Made by a program: the position numbers and the translations under genes. A DNA stretch of 64,000 bases from Chrysomallon squamiferum (Eukaryota > Animalia > Mollusca), in contig CM022679.1 in NCBI GenBank assembly GCA_012295275.1, positions 23,064,001-23,128,000 on the forward strand, read 5' to 3'. Position 1 is the first letter of the stretch. Each line of letters starts with the position of its first letter. This document shows positions 51,395 to 63,755 of the stretch, in pieces. Under the pieces are notes generated by a model that had not been told where the DNA came from, did no database searches, and saw nothing but the letters and a program-made list of their open reading frames with translations.

Positions 51395-51863
51395 CAGATC
51401 CCAGCACTTCCCCTGACAAGATCCGACGTGCACCTTACTGGAGACTGGACAGAGACTGCCGATGGCCACCGTTTCCTCTTGACTGCTGGTGGTGATGCAG
51501 ATAAGACACTAATCTTCTCCACTGATCAACAGCTTCGCTCTGAGCAATCGGCCGACACGATCTACATGGACGGCGAGGTCAAGGGGTGTTACTTCCATTA
51601 TTGTGAGGCGTTGTGGAGGAAGGTGCAGCACCTGGGACTTGAGGTGCGGTAAAGGAAGCAATGCCCCACTACCACCCGAAGTTCTATCAATTTGTGGACA
51701 TTATCAAGAAGATCGAGTGTGCAGACAGACTCCTCCATCCCGCAAGCGTGTGTACAGAGAGATGGAAAACAGACTGGTTAGACTCAAGCATCAATTACAG
51801 CAGAGAGTCAAGACGCCACTTCAGTTCTTAGGTGCTGTAGGCTATCTAGCGAAATTTGCTTAA
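51395..51863 (+). pseudogene. Internally deleted MULE-type transposase relic
   Basis: LTGDWTETADGHRFLL...KTLIFSTDQQL...ADTIYMDG fused directly to VKGCYFHYCEALWRKVQHLGL, then a C-terminal piece (RKRVYREMENRL...FLGAVGYL). Confidence 0.75.
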
Positions 51864-52926
51864 GTGATCAAGAGACACTAAGTGTAAACATGTCTAAACG
51901 ACTTGACATGTTCATGTGCATTAACCAAATTATAGTGCTCTAAATTGAAATGCAATTCTACAGAGGTGTGCTTTGTCATCTGGATGAAATAAAATGTATA
52001 ACTAATTATAATCCTTACTTTCATTTATTTATTGCCGGTAGACATACAATACACAACAATGTGGGATCATACTGTTTTTATCCAGGTAACGGGCAGAGGA
52101 TTAATTGTGCACCAAACCTTGACGTGTGTTGTTATAAACTGTATGACAAATAAGCGTAGACTAATGGGAGGTAATCGTCTTGACTTGTAGTGCGATCATC
52201 TTACAAAATTTCCTTCAGTGGACAACTGTGTAATAAAATAAGACTGTTGACTCAGTGTTCGAACGGGTCACCATTCTTTTCTCTTACTTTACCCTTCTTT
52301 TGTCTGTGGAATTGCGCACGAAGAAGTAACAATAAAATAAAATAACATAAATTATAACAAATCAATAAATAAATGAAATGAAATCTACAAGCAAGCAAAT
52401 AAATAAAAATTAAAAAGATTTGTGCTTGAGATTATGAGCAATTCAAGGGTTTGCCAAGTTTATTTATATCGTTAGTGACAATCCATGTACTTTTTTTAAT
52501 ACATGGATCAGTTTGAGCTGTGCTTTACAGAAATAACGTGACTAGATATTTAGGTAAATTGATAAACATTATCGTTTTTAATAATAGTTATGAGTATACA
52601 TAATAAGTTTTAAAACAAATATTTAAAATTATTAGCATTCTTCGGCTAACATAAAATAATTGAAACTTGTTTCCTGGAAGGTTCGACAACAGGGTACAGA
52701 ATTATTTACTATTCAGTGTAATTTTAACTTTTAAAATGCAGCTTAATGTTAAGTTTCTCGTTTCGAAATGATTAAATTCTACTTATTAAAAAAGAAATTT
52801 TTAAATTGCATTTGATTTATATATTTATTCATGTTTTGTTATTACTATTTCTTGTTTTGTGTATTTGTGGTTGTTTTTCTGTCTGTTTTCTCTCTAGCTG
52901 TTGGTGAATTTAAAGAATCGAATGGC

Positions 52927-52974
<48 letters not shown>

Positions 52975-54141
52975 ACTTCTATTACTACTACTACTATTTT
53001 TTTTCTCATTATATCATGGTTTATAGGAATAGTTATTAACATGAAAACAGCTGATATTAAAATTCACATCGAGCAAAATAAGGTTAGATTGCTGTCCTCG
53101 GCAGTTTTGTTGATGAATTACGATTTCCAGTAACTTTAAGAACTTTAGGTTGTTTGGAGCTTGGTCCACAGGTCAGAGGTAAGCAATGTTGTAATTATAA
53201 ATCCACTTAGTTTATTAAGTTAGTGGAGGGGTGGAATGAAGACAGAAAGAAGGAAGAAAAGGAGAGAGATAAAAAAATCAGAACAAAGAAAAAGAAGGGA
53301 AAAGAAAAAAAATCAGAAATAAAAGTTACTGCCACAGACAGCAATATTTCAAGAGGGGAGGGCGAGGGAGGCTGCTATCCCTAGAACTGACGAAATCCCG
53401 AGCCTTAACCGCCCAAACACCACTGACAAAACGTCCACATACCTAGTGACCATTTTGTCGGCTGCCAAAGTTTTACTGGTGAATGTCTACCTTGCAGCTT
53501 TACGAATAAATTGTCTGTTAAAAATATCTCTAATTTCAACATCAGAACTTCTAGTGTTAGTAGCTCAAGATCAAATCCTCAAAAGTCTTTATATAAAGTA
53601 AATATTACTTTATTTCTTGAGGTTAACAATCAATACATAGAATCAGTTTCTGTAGAAATTTAACACGTTCCAGTGTTGTATTAATAATTATACTAAATTT
53701 AAATTTTATTTAAATTTACAGTTAAAGTACATAACAGAGTGAAATACAGAGTCACAAACATTGAAGGAATACAGAAACCTGAATCTATTTATAGAACAAC
53801 CACGTAAGTAATATGGACTTTTTTCTGATATTAAACTTTATTACGTTAGTTTTACGATTGATAACATAACAGTTTTATTTTACCTCTGGGATTATCTCTG
53901 TCTAGAAATAACAAATAGTGATGTTAAGAAATATTAATTTGTGCGTCGTTTTTTCGCAAACACAAAATCTCTTTTCAAGATTCACCAGATAAATCATGAA
54001 TATAATTGATCCATTTAAATAAAATGAGTGAAAACTGCATTCCATATTTCTACCGTGTAAACAATAACAATATGTCGAACCATACTCCACACACGTTAAT
54101 TCTAAAATGTTTATTTTAATTTCATATTTCTCAAATTACAG

Positions 54142-54192
54142 AGCCAAGTGACAACCAAGTCGAAATGACAGAGAGGAGCATTCAGTCGTCAG
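54142..54192 (+). CDS. IAP-B 51-nt microexon E1: (E)PSDNQVEMTERSIQSS; contains a candidate in-frame ATG
   Basis: TTACAG| ... TCAG|GTAATT; phase 1-1, open. Confidence 0.7.
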
Positions 54193-55448
54193 GTAATTTT
54201 ACACCTTGGAAAACGTAACTAATAAATTGCTTCTCACAAAATCAAATGTTTATTTTAAATTTTTCTCGGTTTCGTAAACAAGTATATACATATAGATATA
54301 TAACTATTTAGCAATACCTATGAAACAAAGAAATCATTGCCTACTTAAACGGACTGTGCATCCAATAAATTAGAATGGGAATAAAATATTGATATCTCGT
54401 AATTTCAGTACCTTACTGTATCCAGCAATGATTTTTACGTGACTCACATCTTTCAATAAAGATACGAACATCAACATCTATAATATATTTCATTTAGTAG
54501 AATAACTGACAGTCATTTCAAATTATTGCAAATATGACAAAGGTCTCCTTCACATCCGTGTTTAAAAATTTATCACAAAAGTTAACCTTGCAAATTTATT
54601 AATATCCGGGTTTCGTATTCAAATAGTTTGTATGTCTGTGACTTTGCGCATTTTTCTAATGTAAATGACTGTTAACTGAATTATATTCTTATAAGCGTAA
54701 GCTCATATTAATTTTACACATTTTATAATTTATTACTACTTTCTTAACGATTAAATGCAGTTCAATCATCCTGTTACAAGATATGTACAATTTAAAAAAA
54801 AATAGCGTTAACAAAGTTTATTAATTTCATGAATTTTGAAAGATAATGAAAGAACACACAATATAGTAATAAATAAATATACTGTTACATGATTAAACCT
54901 TGTTAGTTTAGATTGAAACTTTATATAACAAGTAAACCTCGTTTTATTAAAAAGTAATTTGCATATTCACTCTTCGAGATGATGTCTGACTTGAAAGGAT
55001 TCGTAACCTTTTAACTTTTTTGAAATCATTTTATTTATTTACTTAATTATTTATTTATTTGTCACTTTTATTATTATTATTGAAAGGACCTGTGTGTCGC
55101 ACAATTTGATATATCTGTAAACTCTGTTTCTGAAAAAGTTATCTACAGACACGGAGAAGCGCCTTTAGTATTTTGCATCGTACGTGAAACACGCACATAT
55201 CTAACGAAAACGTTGAATTTCCTACTTAGAAGTCGTCTGTGGATGCTTAGAACAATTCATTCTTACAACTCATAATCTCAATTCTAGACTGACGCGACAA
55301 ATCATGAATATAATTGATCAATTAAAATGAAATGAATGAAAAGTTCATCGAATTTTTCTAATGTAAATTCCTAATAGTGTGACGAAGCACACTTCACAGA
55401 TGTTAATTTTAAAATGTTTATTTTCATTTCATATTTCTCAACTTACAG

Positions 55449-55499
55449 AGCTATATCCTTTTGATTTCGGAACCAGAAAGAAGATCAATCGCCGATCAG
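55449..55499 (+). CDS. IAP-B 51-nt microexon E2: (E)LYPFDFGTRKKINRRS
   Basis: TTACAG| ... TCAG|GTATTT; phase 1-1, open. Confidence 0.7.
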
Positions 55500-56989
55500 G
55501 TATTTTTACACCTTTTTAAAAATTATTCGTTTTTTACTTTATTTTAGATTCATAAGAAAAGAGTACGTATGTATATATATATATATTTAACAGGACATGT
55601 GAAAGAAAGAAACAATTGCCTAGGTACACGGTCTATACATCCAATAATTCAGCATGGTAATAAAATATTAATATCTCGTAATTTCAGTAGCTTAGAGGAC
55701 CCTGCCCTGATTAGTACGTGACTCATACCTTTCAATAAAGATACGAACATCAACATCTGTAGTGTATTTCAGTTAATAGAATGTTTGTGTCATTTCAAAT
55801 TATTGCAAGTCATACAAAATGTCTCCTTCACTTCCTTGTTTCAAAATTTATCACAAACGTTAACCTTGCAATTTCATTAATATCCCGATTTCGTTTTCAA
55901 ATAGTTTGAGTGTCTGTGACTTTGTGCATTTTTCTAATTTAAATGACTACTATATGAATTATATTCTTATAATCGTAAGCTCATATTAATTTTACATCTT
56001 TTATTTGGCGTTACCACTTCTTTTCTTCTGAAATTACAATTCTAGCCTAGGAACTAACGGAAATTCTGCCACAGAAAATTTGTTCATAATTTAATACAGT
56101 TCAATCATCCTATTACAAGATATGTACAATTTAAAAAAATAATATCGTTCACAAAGTTTGTAAATTTCAGGAGTTTTGAAAGATAATGAAAGAACACACA
56201 ATATATTAATAAATAAATATACTGTTAGATGGTTAAACCTTGTTAGTTTAATTTCAACCTTTAGGTAACAACTGACCCTCGTTTTATTAAAAAGTAATTG
56301 GTATATTCGACGTTGGAAATGATATCTGACTTTAAAGGATTCGTAACCTTTAAACTTTTTTGAAAGGACCTGTGTGTCGCACCATTTCATATATCTGTAA
56401 ACTCTGTTACTCACGAAGTTATCTGCAGACACGGAGAAGCGCCTTTAGTATTTTGTATACTAGGTGAAACACGCACATATCTAACGAAAACGTTCAATTT
56501 TTATCTCGAAGTCGTCTGTGGATGCTTAGAACAATTCATTCTTACAACTCGAAATCTCAATTCTAGACTGACGCGACAAATCATGAATATACTTGATCCA
56601 TTTAAATAAAATGAGTGAAAACTTCATCGAATTTTTCTAATGTGAAATCATAACAGTGTGACGACCTTAGTGGTGTACTTAGTGAAATAAGAACAACAGA
56701 ACTTGCATCTGGAGGTATATTCTAGGTTTATTCTATTACATTTTATTTATTTATTTATTTATCACTTTTATTATTATTATTATTGAAAGGATCCGTATAT
56801 CACACCATTTGATAAATCTGTAAACTCTGTTTCTCACAAAGTTATTTGCAGACACGAAGAAACGCTATTTGTATTTTGCATCGTAAGTGAAACATATTTG
56901 AATGTAAAATCAAAACAGTGTGACGAGTCACACTTCACAGATGTTAATTTTAAAATGTTTATTTTAATTTCATATTTCTCAAATTACAG

Positions 56990-57040
56990 AGCCAATTGAT
57001 AAGCAGGTGGAAATCATAGAGGAGGACATTGATCTATCAG
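56990..57040 (+). CDS. IAP-B 51-nt microexon E3: (E)PIDKQVEIIEEDIDLS
   Basis: TTACAG| ... TCAG|GTATTT; phase 1-1, open. Confidence 0.7.
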
Positions 57041-57984
57041 GTATTTTTACACCTTCTTAAACGTAACTGATAAAGGGATTGTCATAAAATTAATCGTTTT
57101 TTTCTTTATTTTAGATTCATAAGAAAAGAGTACGTATGTATATATATATATTTAACAGTACCTGTGAAAGAAAGAAACAATTGCCTAGGTACTCGGTCTA
57201 TATATCCAATAATTCATCATGGTAATAAAATATTGATATCTCGTAATTTCAGTAGCTTACAGGACCCTGCCCTGATTATTACGTAACTCATACCTTTCAA
57301 TAAAGATACGAACATCAACATCTGTAGTGTATTTCAGTTAATAGAATGTTTGTGTCATTTCAAATTATTGCAAGTCATACAAAATGTCTCCTTCACTTCC
57401 TTGTTTCAAAATTTATCACAAACGTTAACCTTGCAATTTCATTAATATCCTGGTTTCGTTTTCAAATAGTTTGTATGTCTGTGACTTTGTGCATTTTTCT
57501 AATTTAAATGACTGCTATATGAACTATATTCTTATAATCGTAAGCTCATATTAATTTTACAACTTTTATTTTGCGTTACCACTTTTTTTCTTCTGAAATT
57601 ACAATTCTAGCCTATGAACTAACGGAAATTCTGCCACAGAAAATTTGTTTCGGATTAAATACAGTTGAACCATCCTATTACTTGATATGTACAATTCAAA
57701 AAAAAAAAAAAAAAAAAATTTGGCGTTCACAAAGTCTGTAAATTTCAGGATTTTTGAAAGATAATGAAAGAACACACAATATAGTAATAAATAAATATAC
57801 TGTTACATGATTAAACCTTGCTAGTTTAGTTTGAAACTTTATATAACAAGTAAACCTCGTTTTATTAAAAAGTAATTTGCATATTCACTCTTCGAAATGA
57901 TGTCTGACTTGAAAGGATTCGTAACTATTTAACTGTTTTGAAATTATTTTATTTATTTACTTAATTATTTATTTATTTATTCAT

Positions 57985-58019
<35 letters not shown>

Positions 58020-58433
58020 TATTTATTTATTTATTTATTTATTTATTTGTCACTTTTATTATTATTATTGAAAGGAGCTGTGTGTCGCACAATTTGATAT
58101 ATCTGTAAACTCTGTTTCTGAAAACGTTATCTGCAGACACGGAGAAGCGCCTTTAGTATTCTGTATCCTAGCTGAAACACGCACATATCTAACGAAAACG
58201 TTCAATTTTCTACTGAGAAGTCGTCTGTGGATGCTTAGAACAATTCATTCTTACAACTCATAATCTCAATTCTAGACTGACGCGACAAATCATGAATTAA
58301 TTGATCCATTTAAATAAAGTGAGTGAAAACTTCATCGAATATTTCTAATGTAAAATCATAACAGTGTGACGAAGTACACTTCACAGATGTTTTGTAAAAT
58401 GTTTATTTTAATTTACTATTTTTCAAATTACAG

Positions 58434-58484
58434 GGATACTTGATAACCCGCTGGAAGTGAGAGAGAATAGGTGGGAGCGATCAG
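58434..58484 (+). CDS. IAP-B 51-nt microexon E4: (G)ILDNPLEVRENRWERS
   Basis: TTACAG| ... TCAG|GTATTT; phase 1-1, open; splices in frame to the BIR exon at 59103. Confidence 0.7.
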
Positions 58485-58737
58485 GTATTTTTACACCTTG
58501 TCAAACGTAACTGATAAAGTGATTCTCATAAAAGTAATATTTTTTTAAATTTAATTACTTTTTTTAGTAAGAGTAAAACTGTCAAAGTTTTATTTAGAAA
58601 CGACGTCTCACTTGAAGAGTTTCAATTTTTCCCTCTTGTCGGCTTTTCGTTCAACTTCGTCTCTCTGTACTTTCAAATTTAATTTTTGCTCGAAGCAACA
58701 GCATACCTTACTTTCGTGTGTGTGTGCCACTCTGAGC

Positions 58738-58863
58738 AGGTGTAAATCTTACAGGAAATGTATACAATTATGAAGAAGCTCATTTACGTGTACACAGACA
58801 AAACACGTGATAGCACGTCCTGCTTGTTCTAATTGGATACAGGGAGACATCCCTTTCGTAGAC
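58738..58863 (+). pseudogene. Decayed, deleted duplicate of the BIR 3'-half exon and its acceptor
   Basis: acaggaaatgtatacaattatgaa...tacacag.caaaacacgtgatagcacgtcctgc...aattggatacagggagaca aligns to 59695-59822. Confidence 0.75.
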
Positions 58864-59102
58864 TGTTCCCACGATGGGATTTCATTAAATACATTTAAGT
58901 ACGAAACGAAATATCATACAAAAAAAAAATGATCATAATAATAATAATAATTAATAAATAAATAAATAAATAAATAAATAATAACATCTAAAAATTGGTG
59001 AAACAACATACTTTAATTTTAATTCATAATTGATCCGTGTTTTTATTTTACAATGTAATTTCTAAATCTTTTCCTTTTGTTGTTGTTTTTCTTCTACATC
59101 AG

Positions 59103-60725
59103 CCCCAGGATTGCATACACCACGTCACAGCGACTACGTCGACGTACAAAGACGTATTTCGTCTTTTGAACAGCGGTGGCCTCATTCTGACAACCAGTCT
59201 CCGACAGAGCTGGCAGAAGCCGGTTTCTTCTTCTCTGGTTAGAGTTACTTTCACTTAATAAGAAATCTTCACAGTTTTATAATCATTTGAAAATCTTCTT
59301 GGATTGCTCTATTTTTTTAAATTCATTTTAAATTATTTGTATTTTAATATTCATTTGATAATGACTCTTGAAATTATTGACATTTTACTAGTGAATTAAA
59401 ACTTTCAGAATTTTAAGATTGATTTTGAATTTGGACATTTTAAAAGTCTTCTGAAAAGTTTGCCATAATAATAGTCATTTATAATCTTTTATTGTTGAAG
59501 AGTGAAATAATGTTTTCTGTATTTTAATATTCATTTTGACTTTGGACATTCTGATAGACATTTGATATCTCTGAACGATCGATAGAACAACATAGCTTAA
59601 TTTTGTGTATGTGTGTGTGTTTCTATGTGTGTGTAGATGTATGTGTGTATGTGTTTATGTGCCAGTATTAGTGGGTGTAAATACTTGTTTCTCACAGGAA
59701 ATGTATACAATTATGAACAAGCATCTTTATGTATACACAGGAGAAACAGGTGATAGCACGACCTGCTTTTACTGTGGCGGAGAACTTAGAAATTGGAGGC
59801 AGGGAGACAACCCTTACGTGGAACACGCCAGATGGTTTCCACTATGCAGTTTCATCAGACATGTGAAGGGAGACAATTTTGTCGATTTGGTACAAGAAAT
59901 GGATGAAAATGAAGAGCAGGTAAATAGCTGACATTTTTAACTTTACCACGAAATTATTAAACTTGTATAAAGATGTGTAGCGGTGTTTTCACTAGGAATC
60001 AGAAATTTATTATTACTATTGTTGATCTTGTTGTTATTATTACTTTGGAAAATATTTAATTAATGTTTCAAAATTTGTTTTAGATTAACTATAAGCAAGT
60101 GATGGAGATTCTAAATGACTGTCCACCCAAATTTGATATTCTCGTAACTGAAAATTATGAAGGTAAATGATAATAAAATAACATAAAAGTGCATAATAGA
60201 TTTCTAACATAAAATGATTGCAATACAATGACTCCCTTTATTATGAGGTTAAGTTTTGAGATTATAGATATATATATTTTTCTATTTTATTTTCTGGAGT
60301 AAGGAGTGCAATAGCAATGACACTTCAGAAAAGGATGATGAGAAATGAAGCATTAACAAGAATATCAATTTCTAAGCGACATTTTGTAACAACATCAAAC
60401 TTACTCTCTTTGTTGTCTGTTACTTGAAAATTAATAAATTATTATTATTATGTTGGGTTTTTTGTTTGTTGTTTTTTGTTGTTGTATTTTTTTTTTACAT
60501 AATTGTTTCAAAGTTTGTGCATTATAAAGTATTACAAAACTATTATTTTTATTCTTTTTATGATTTAACAGACGGAAATGCACCGTATGTCTTGACAAGA
60601 GAGTCACAATAGTTTTCCTGCCCTGTGAACACGTTTGCTGCTGTGCAGATTGTGCGTTCAGACTGCGAAGATGCCCACATTGTGGAGAGACAATCCGGTC
60701 AACTCGTTGGGTTGTCCTCTTTTAA
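59103..60725 (+). CDS. IAP paralogue B core (BIR + RING): exons 59103..59237, 59741..59919, 60084..60162, 60572..60725
   Basis: BIR: PRHSDYVDVQRRISSFEQRWPHSDNQSPTELAEAGFFFSG|ETGDSTTCFYC-x16-H-x6-C (EHARWFPLC). RING: CTVCLDKRVTIVFLPCEHVCCCADCAFRLRRCPHC...VLF*. The phase 1 end at 60162 does not match the phase 2 RING exon, so a linker exon is missing or decayed (candidate ~60300-60370). Confidence 0.82.
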
Positions 60726-60877
60726 AGATGACGATGTGCTGAACTTTAAATCTCATGTGAAAGATGTACCAAAGAGTTTGAATCGATTTCTTGAGTTTCA
60801 CACTAAAGTTTTAGATGCTGAAGTCCAGTTTTCTAGTATAGTACTCATTAGTAACCGACTAATACAAAATACTTTTC

Positions 60878-60976
<99 letters not shown>

Positions 60977-62716
60977 AAGAAGAAGAAGAAGAAGAATTGT
61001 AATAATAATAATAATAGTGTTAATTCGATTTTCTGTTCGTCAACCTCTGTTTTTCGAATGGCAGACTTACTATGTCTGACAAGATTTAAGTTAAAAATGT
61101 AGAAAATATTTGGTCAGTTTAAATTAAGAAAATATTAAAAGAAAAAGAAATACATCTTTCATTTGACTTTTTCAAAAAATGTTATTTAATTAATTATTCA
61201 GTATATTATTTTATTTTGTATTTATATATCTTTCTGAATACACTATAATTTATTCCAGGAAAAATGCATATATTATATTTAAATTACAAATAAGTACGTC
61301 ATTGACGTTGCAAACGTTGTTGTATCTAATTTTTCTGTATGATTGAATGAAACATACCCAGATTTGAATAAACACTTAGCTGTACTATAAATAAATATTA
61401 GTGTATTTTTATTGTAATCAAATAAATTAATCAACTGAGTATAACATCGCGAAAATATTACAAATATTTATATTTGTCTATCAGAAAATCTTTCTGGATT
61501 TATGAAGAGTGAGTTAAAATATGAAAACATGTTTATTCAAATCTGGGCTTGTCTTACTGAGGCACATTACAAAGAAAGTTACTACAGAGAATGCTGCTGT
61601 ACATAAACAAACGAGTAAACTATTTTACTCTGTGTTTGTAGACATAAAACAAAGAACTATGAATACATTGCAAAGTGTTTAGCAGAAACACTGTCATGCG
61701 AACTGTGATAATTTCATTGATAATAGCAATCATGCTGCAGCATCAGACATAGTCACGAGTTCTGATATCTAGCACTGAGCTGCATGTGCTCTCGGTGTCT
61801 GGAAAACAGTCACAATTCTTATATAACAAAATGCATGGGTTTGTGGAGTACTGAATGTGTCATCTTACTATGCATGGGGTAATTGTTAAGCTTATTGATT
61901 AGTTCAATTAGGCAGGATTAAAGAAAGAGGCTTCATCTTGTGCAGGGGTGCAGCTTGGGTCTAGGTTAGTGATTAGGACAGGCTTAAACTAAGGGCTTCC
62001 TATATTAAATCATTATCAAATATCCCAGGTTAAAATGTGTTTCACTACGTATTCTCCAACTTTCTCTAGTATCAGAAGTATGTTTAATATGGAAGTTATT
62101 CATAGCAATAAGGGTGGTTACAAAATCTGTTATGAGGGGTTCATGTATACTGCGATAGAATATTTTTCGTGATATCGAGTGAAACATCGACCTAAACCAT
62201 CAACATTAAAATCAAAGAAAAAATAACAAAAAATTCTGTTTAATCTATCTTTCTTTACCAGTATATTTCTTTTTTAAAAACTGTGACTTTTCCCTGTTGT
62301 TTTTTTCTTTTTTCCTGTGACTTTTTCCTAGATTCGTGCTTTTCACGTTTCTGATATTTTTAGTGAAACAGTAAATTTAATGTGTGAATTACAACATATA
62401 CTAATAACTGTATCAAAAGTCTGAATGCGTGATAGTGGTATTTTGTTTACTTATCACCAACTTTATAACAGGAAGGTTTTGACTTAATTGTATAAGTACT
62501 AGCAATAAAAATATATCATTTTTAAATCAACTGTGTTGTGAATTTCACTTTTATGTACATAGCAATTTACGTATATTTTATGAACTAAGAGAAATTCAAG
62601 CTGATCATGCTATAGGATTGGTTAAAAAAAAGAAAAAGAAATACATGAAGAGGTTTTCTTAGAACGATCATAACTGTGTTTACCTAAGATGAATGTTAAC
62701 TCAGTGTGATGGTGGT

Positions 62717-62765
<49 letters not shown>

Positions 62766-62991
62766 TGACTTACACAGCTAATTCAAATCAGCTAACAGCC
62801 ACTATGAACTATAATACATAGATTCAAACGAGATAATCTGGACATTAATAGAAGTTAAATTCTTCAGCAATAATACTGATTATATGCAATTACTAATAAA
62901 TACTTCAGTGAAATATCCAAAACACTTATTTTTATTTATTTAACATAGCATGTACTATCATTTATGTAATCTAAAATAATCACACACACAC

Positions 62992-63024
<33 letters not shown>

Positions 63025-63050
63025 CACACACGAATTAATTAAAAAAATAA

Positions 63051-63081
<31 letters not shown>

Positions 63082-63418
63082 TGAATAAATAAATAAAAAG
63101 GACATTTTAGAAAATCGGTGAGATTTATTTTTAATGTAAATTAAACATGCTTAATAATCAGTTGAAGTATAAAAAGTCATATAAAATAGATAAAATACAC
63201 TTAGAAGTGTTGATTTGTCAAATATCACTATATAGACTATTTTGTATTTTCCAAAAATTTCAATTTCTCTCTTTTTTTTGTTTTGGTTAAATGCTCCATA
63301 TATGTTACATGCATGGTACACGTTCTCATACAGTATAAATAAAGATTTGAACGAAATTAATATTGATTTTTATACCTGCTGAAACAACAGTTTAGATTTT
63401 TGTATCAAAACTTGGTAT

Positions 63419-63707
63419 TGCTGCTATTAGAAAAGTAAGAACAAAGGAAAAAATTTCAAGCTATATACTTAATTAATAAAATTTAGTTAATTAATTATTT
63501 TATTAAATACTTGCGACTAAATATTAAACAATTTATTTTTATTTAATTAATTTTTGTTTCTTATTTTTGTGCTGCTGTTGTCGGTGGTGAAGTTGTTGAT
63601 ACAGTATTGTAGTTGTATAATAAAGTCAGTTAGTTTAAAACGTACCTTTACTAGTATCAGGATATTGTGATATTTATTTATTTAAATTGTTGTTGTTGTT
63701 GTTGTTA

Positions 63708-63755
<48 letters not shown>

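Larger units (their letters stand above)
53990..58530 (+). repeat. Tandem exon-intron repeat, 4 units (periods 1307, 1541, 1444 bp)
   Basis: Recurrent 'aaatcatgaata..tgatc.att.aaat.aaatga.tgaaaa...aaaatgtttatttt.atttcatatttctcaaattacag' + exon + 'tcaggta.ttttacacctt'. Confidence 0.93.

Noticed and set aside
60295-60375. Possible linker exon between IAP-B exon 60084..60162 and the RING exon
   Set aside because: No clean acceptor/donor pair and a TGA in the likeliest frame; left uncalled (IAP-B may be disrupted here).
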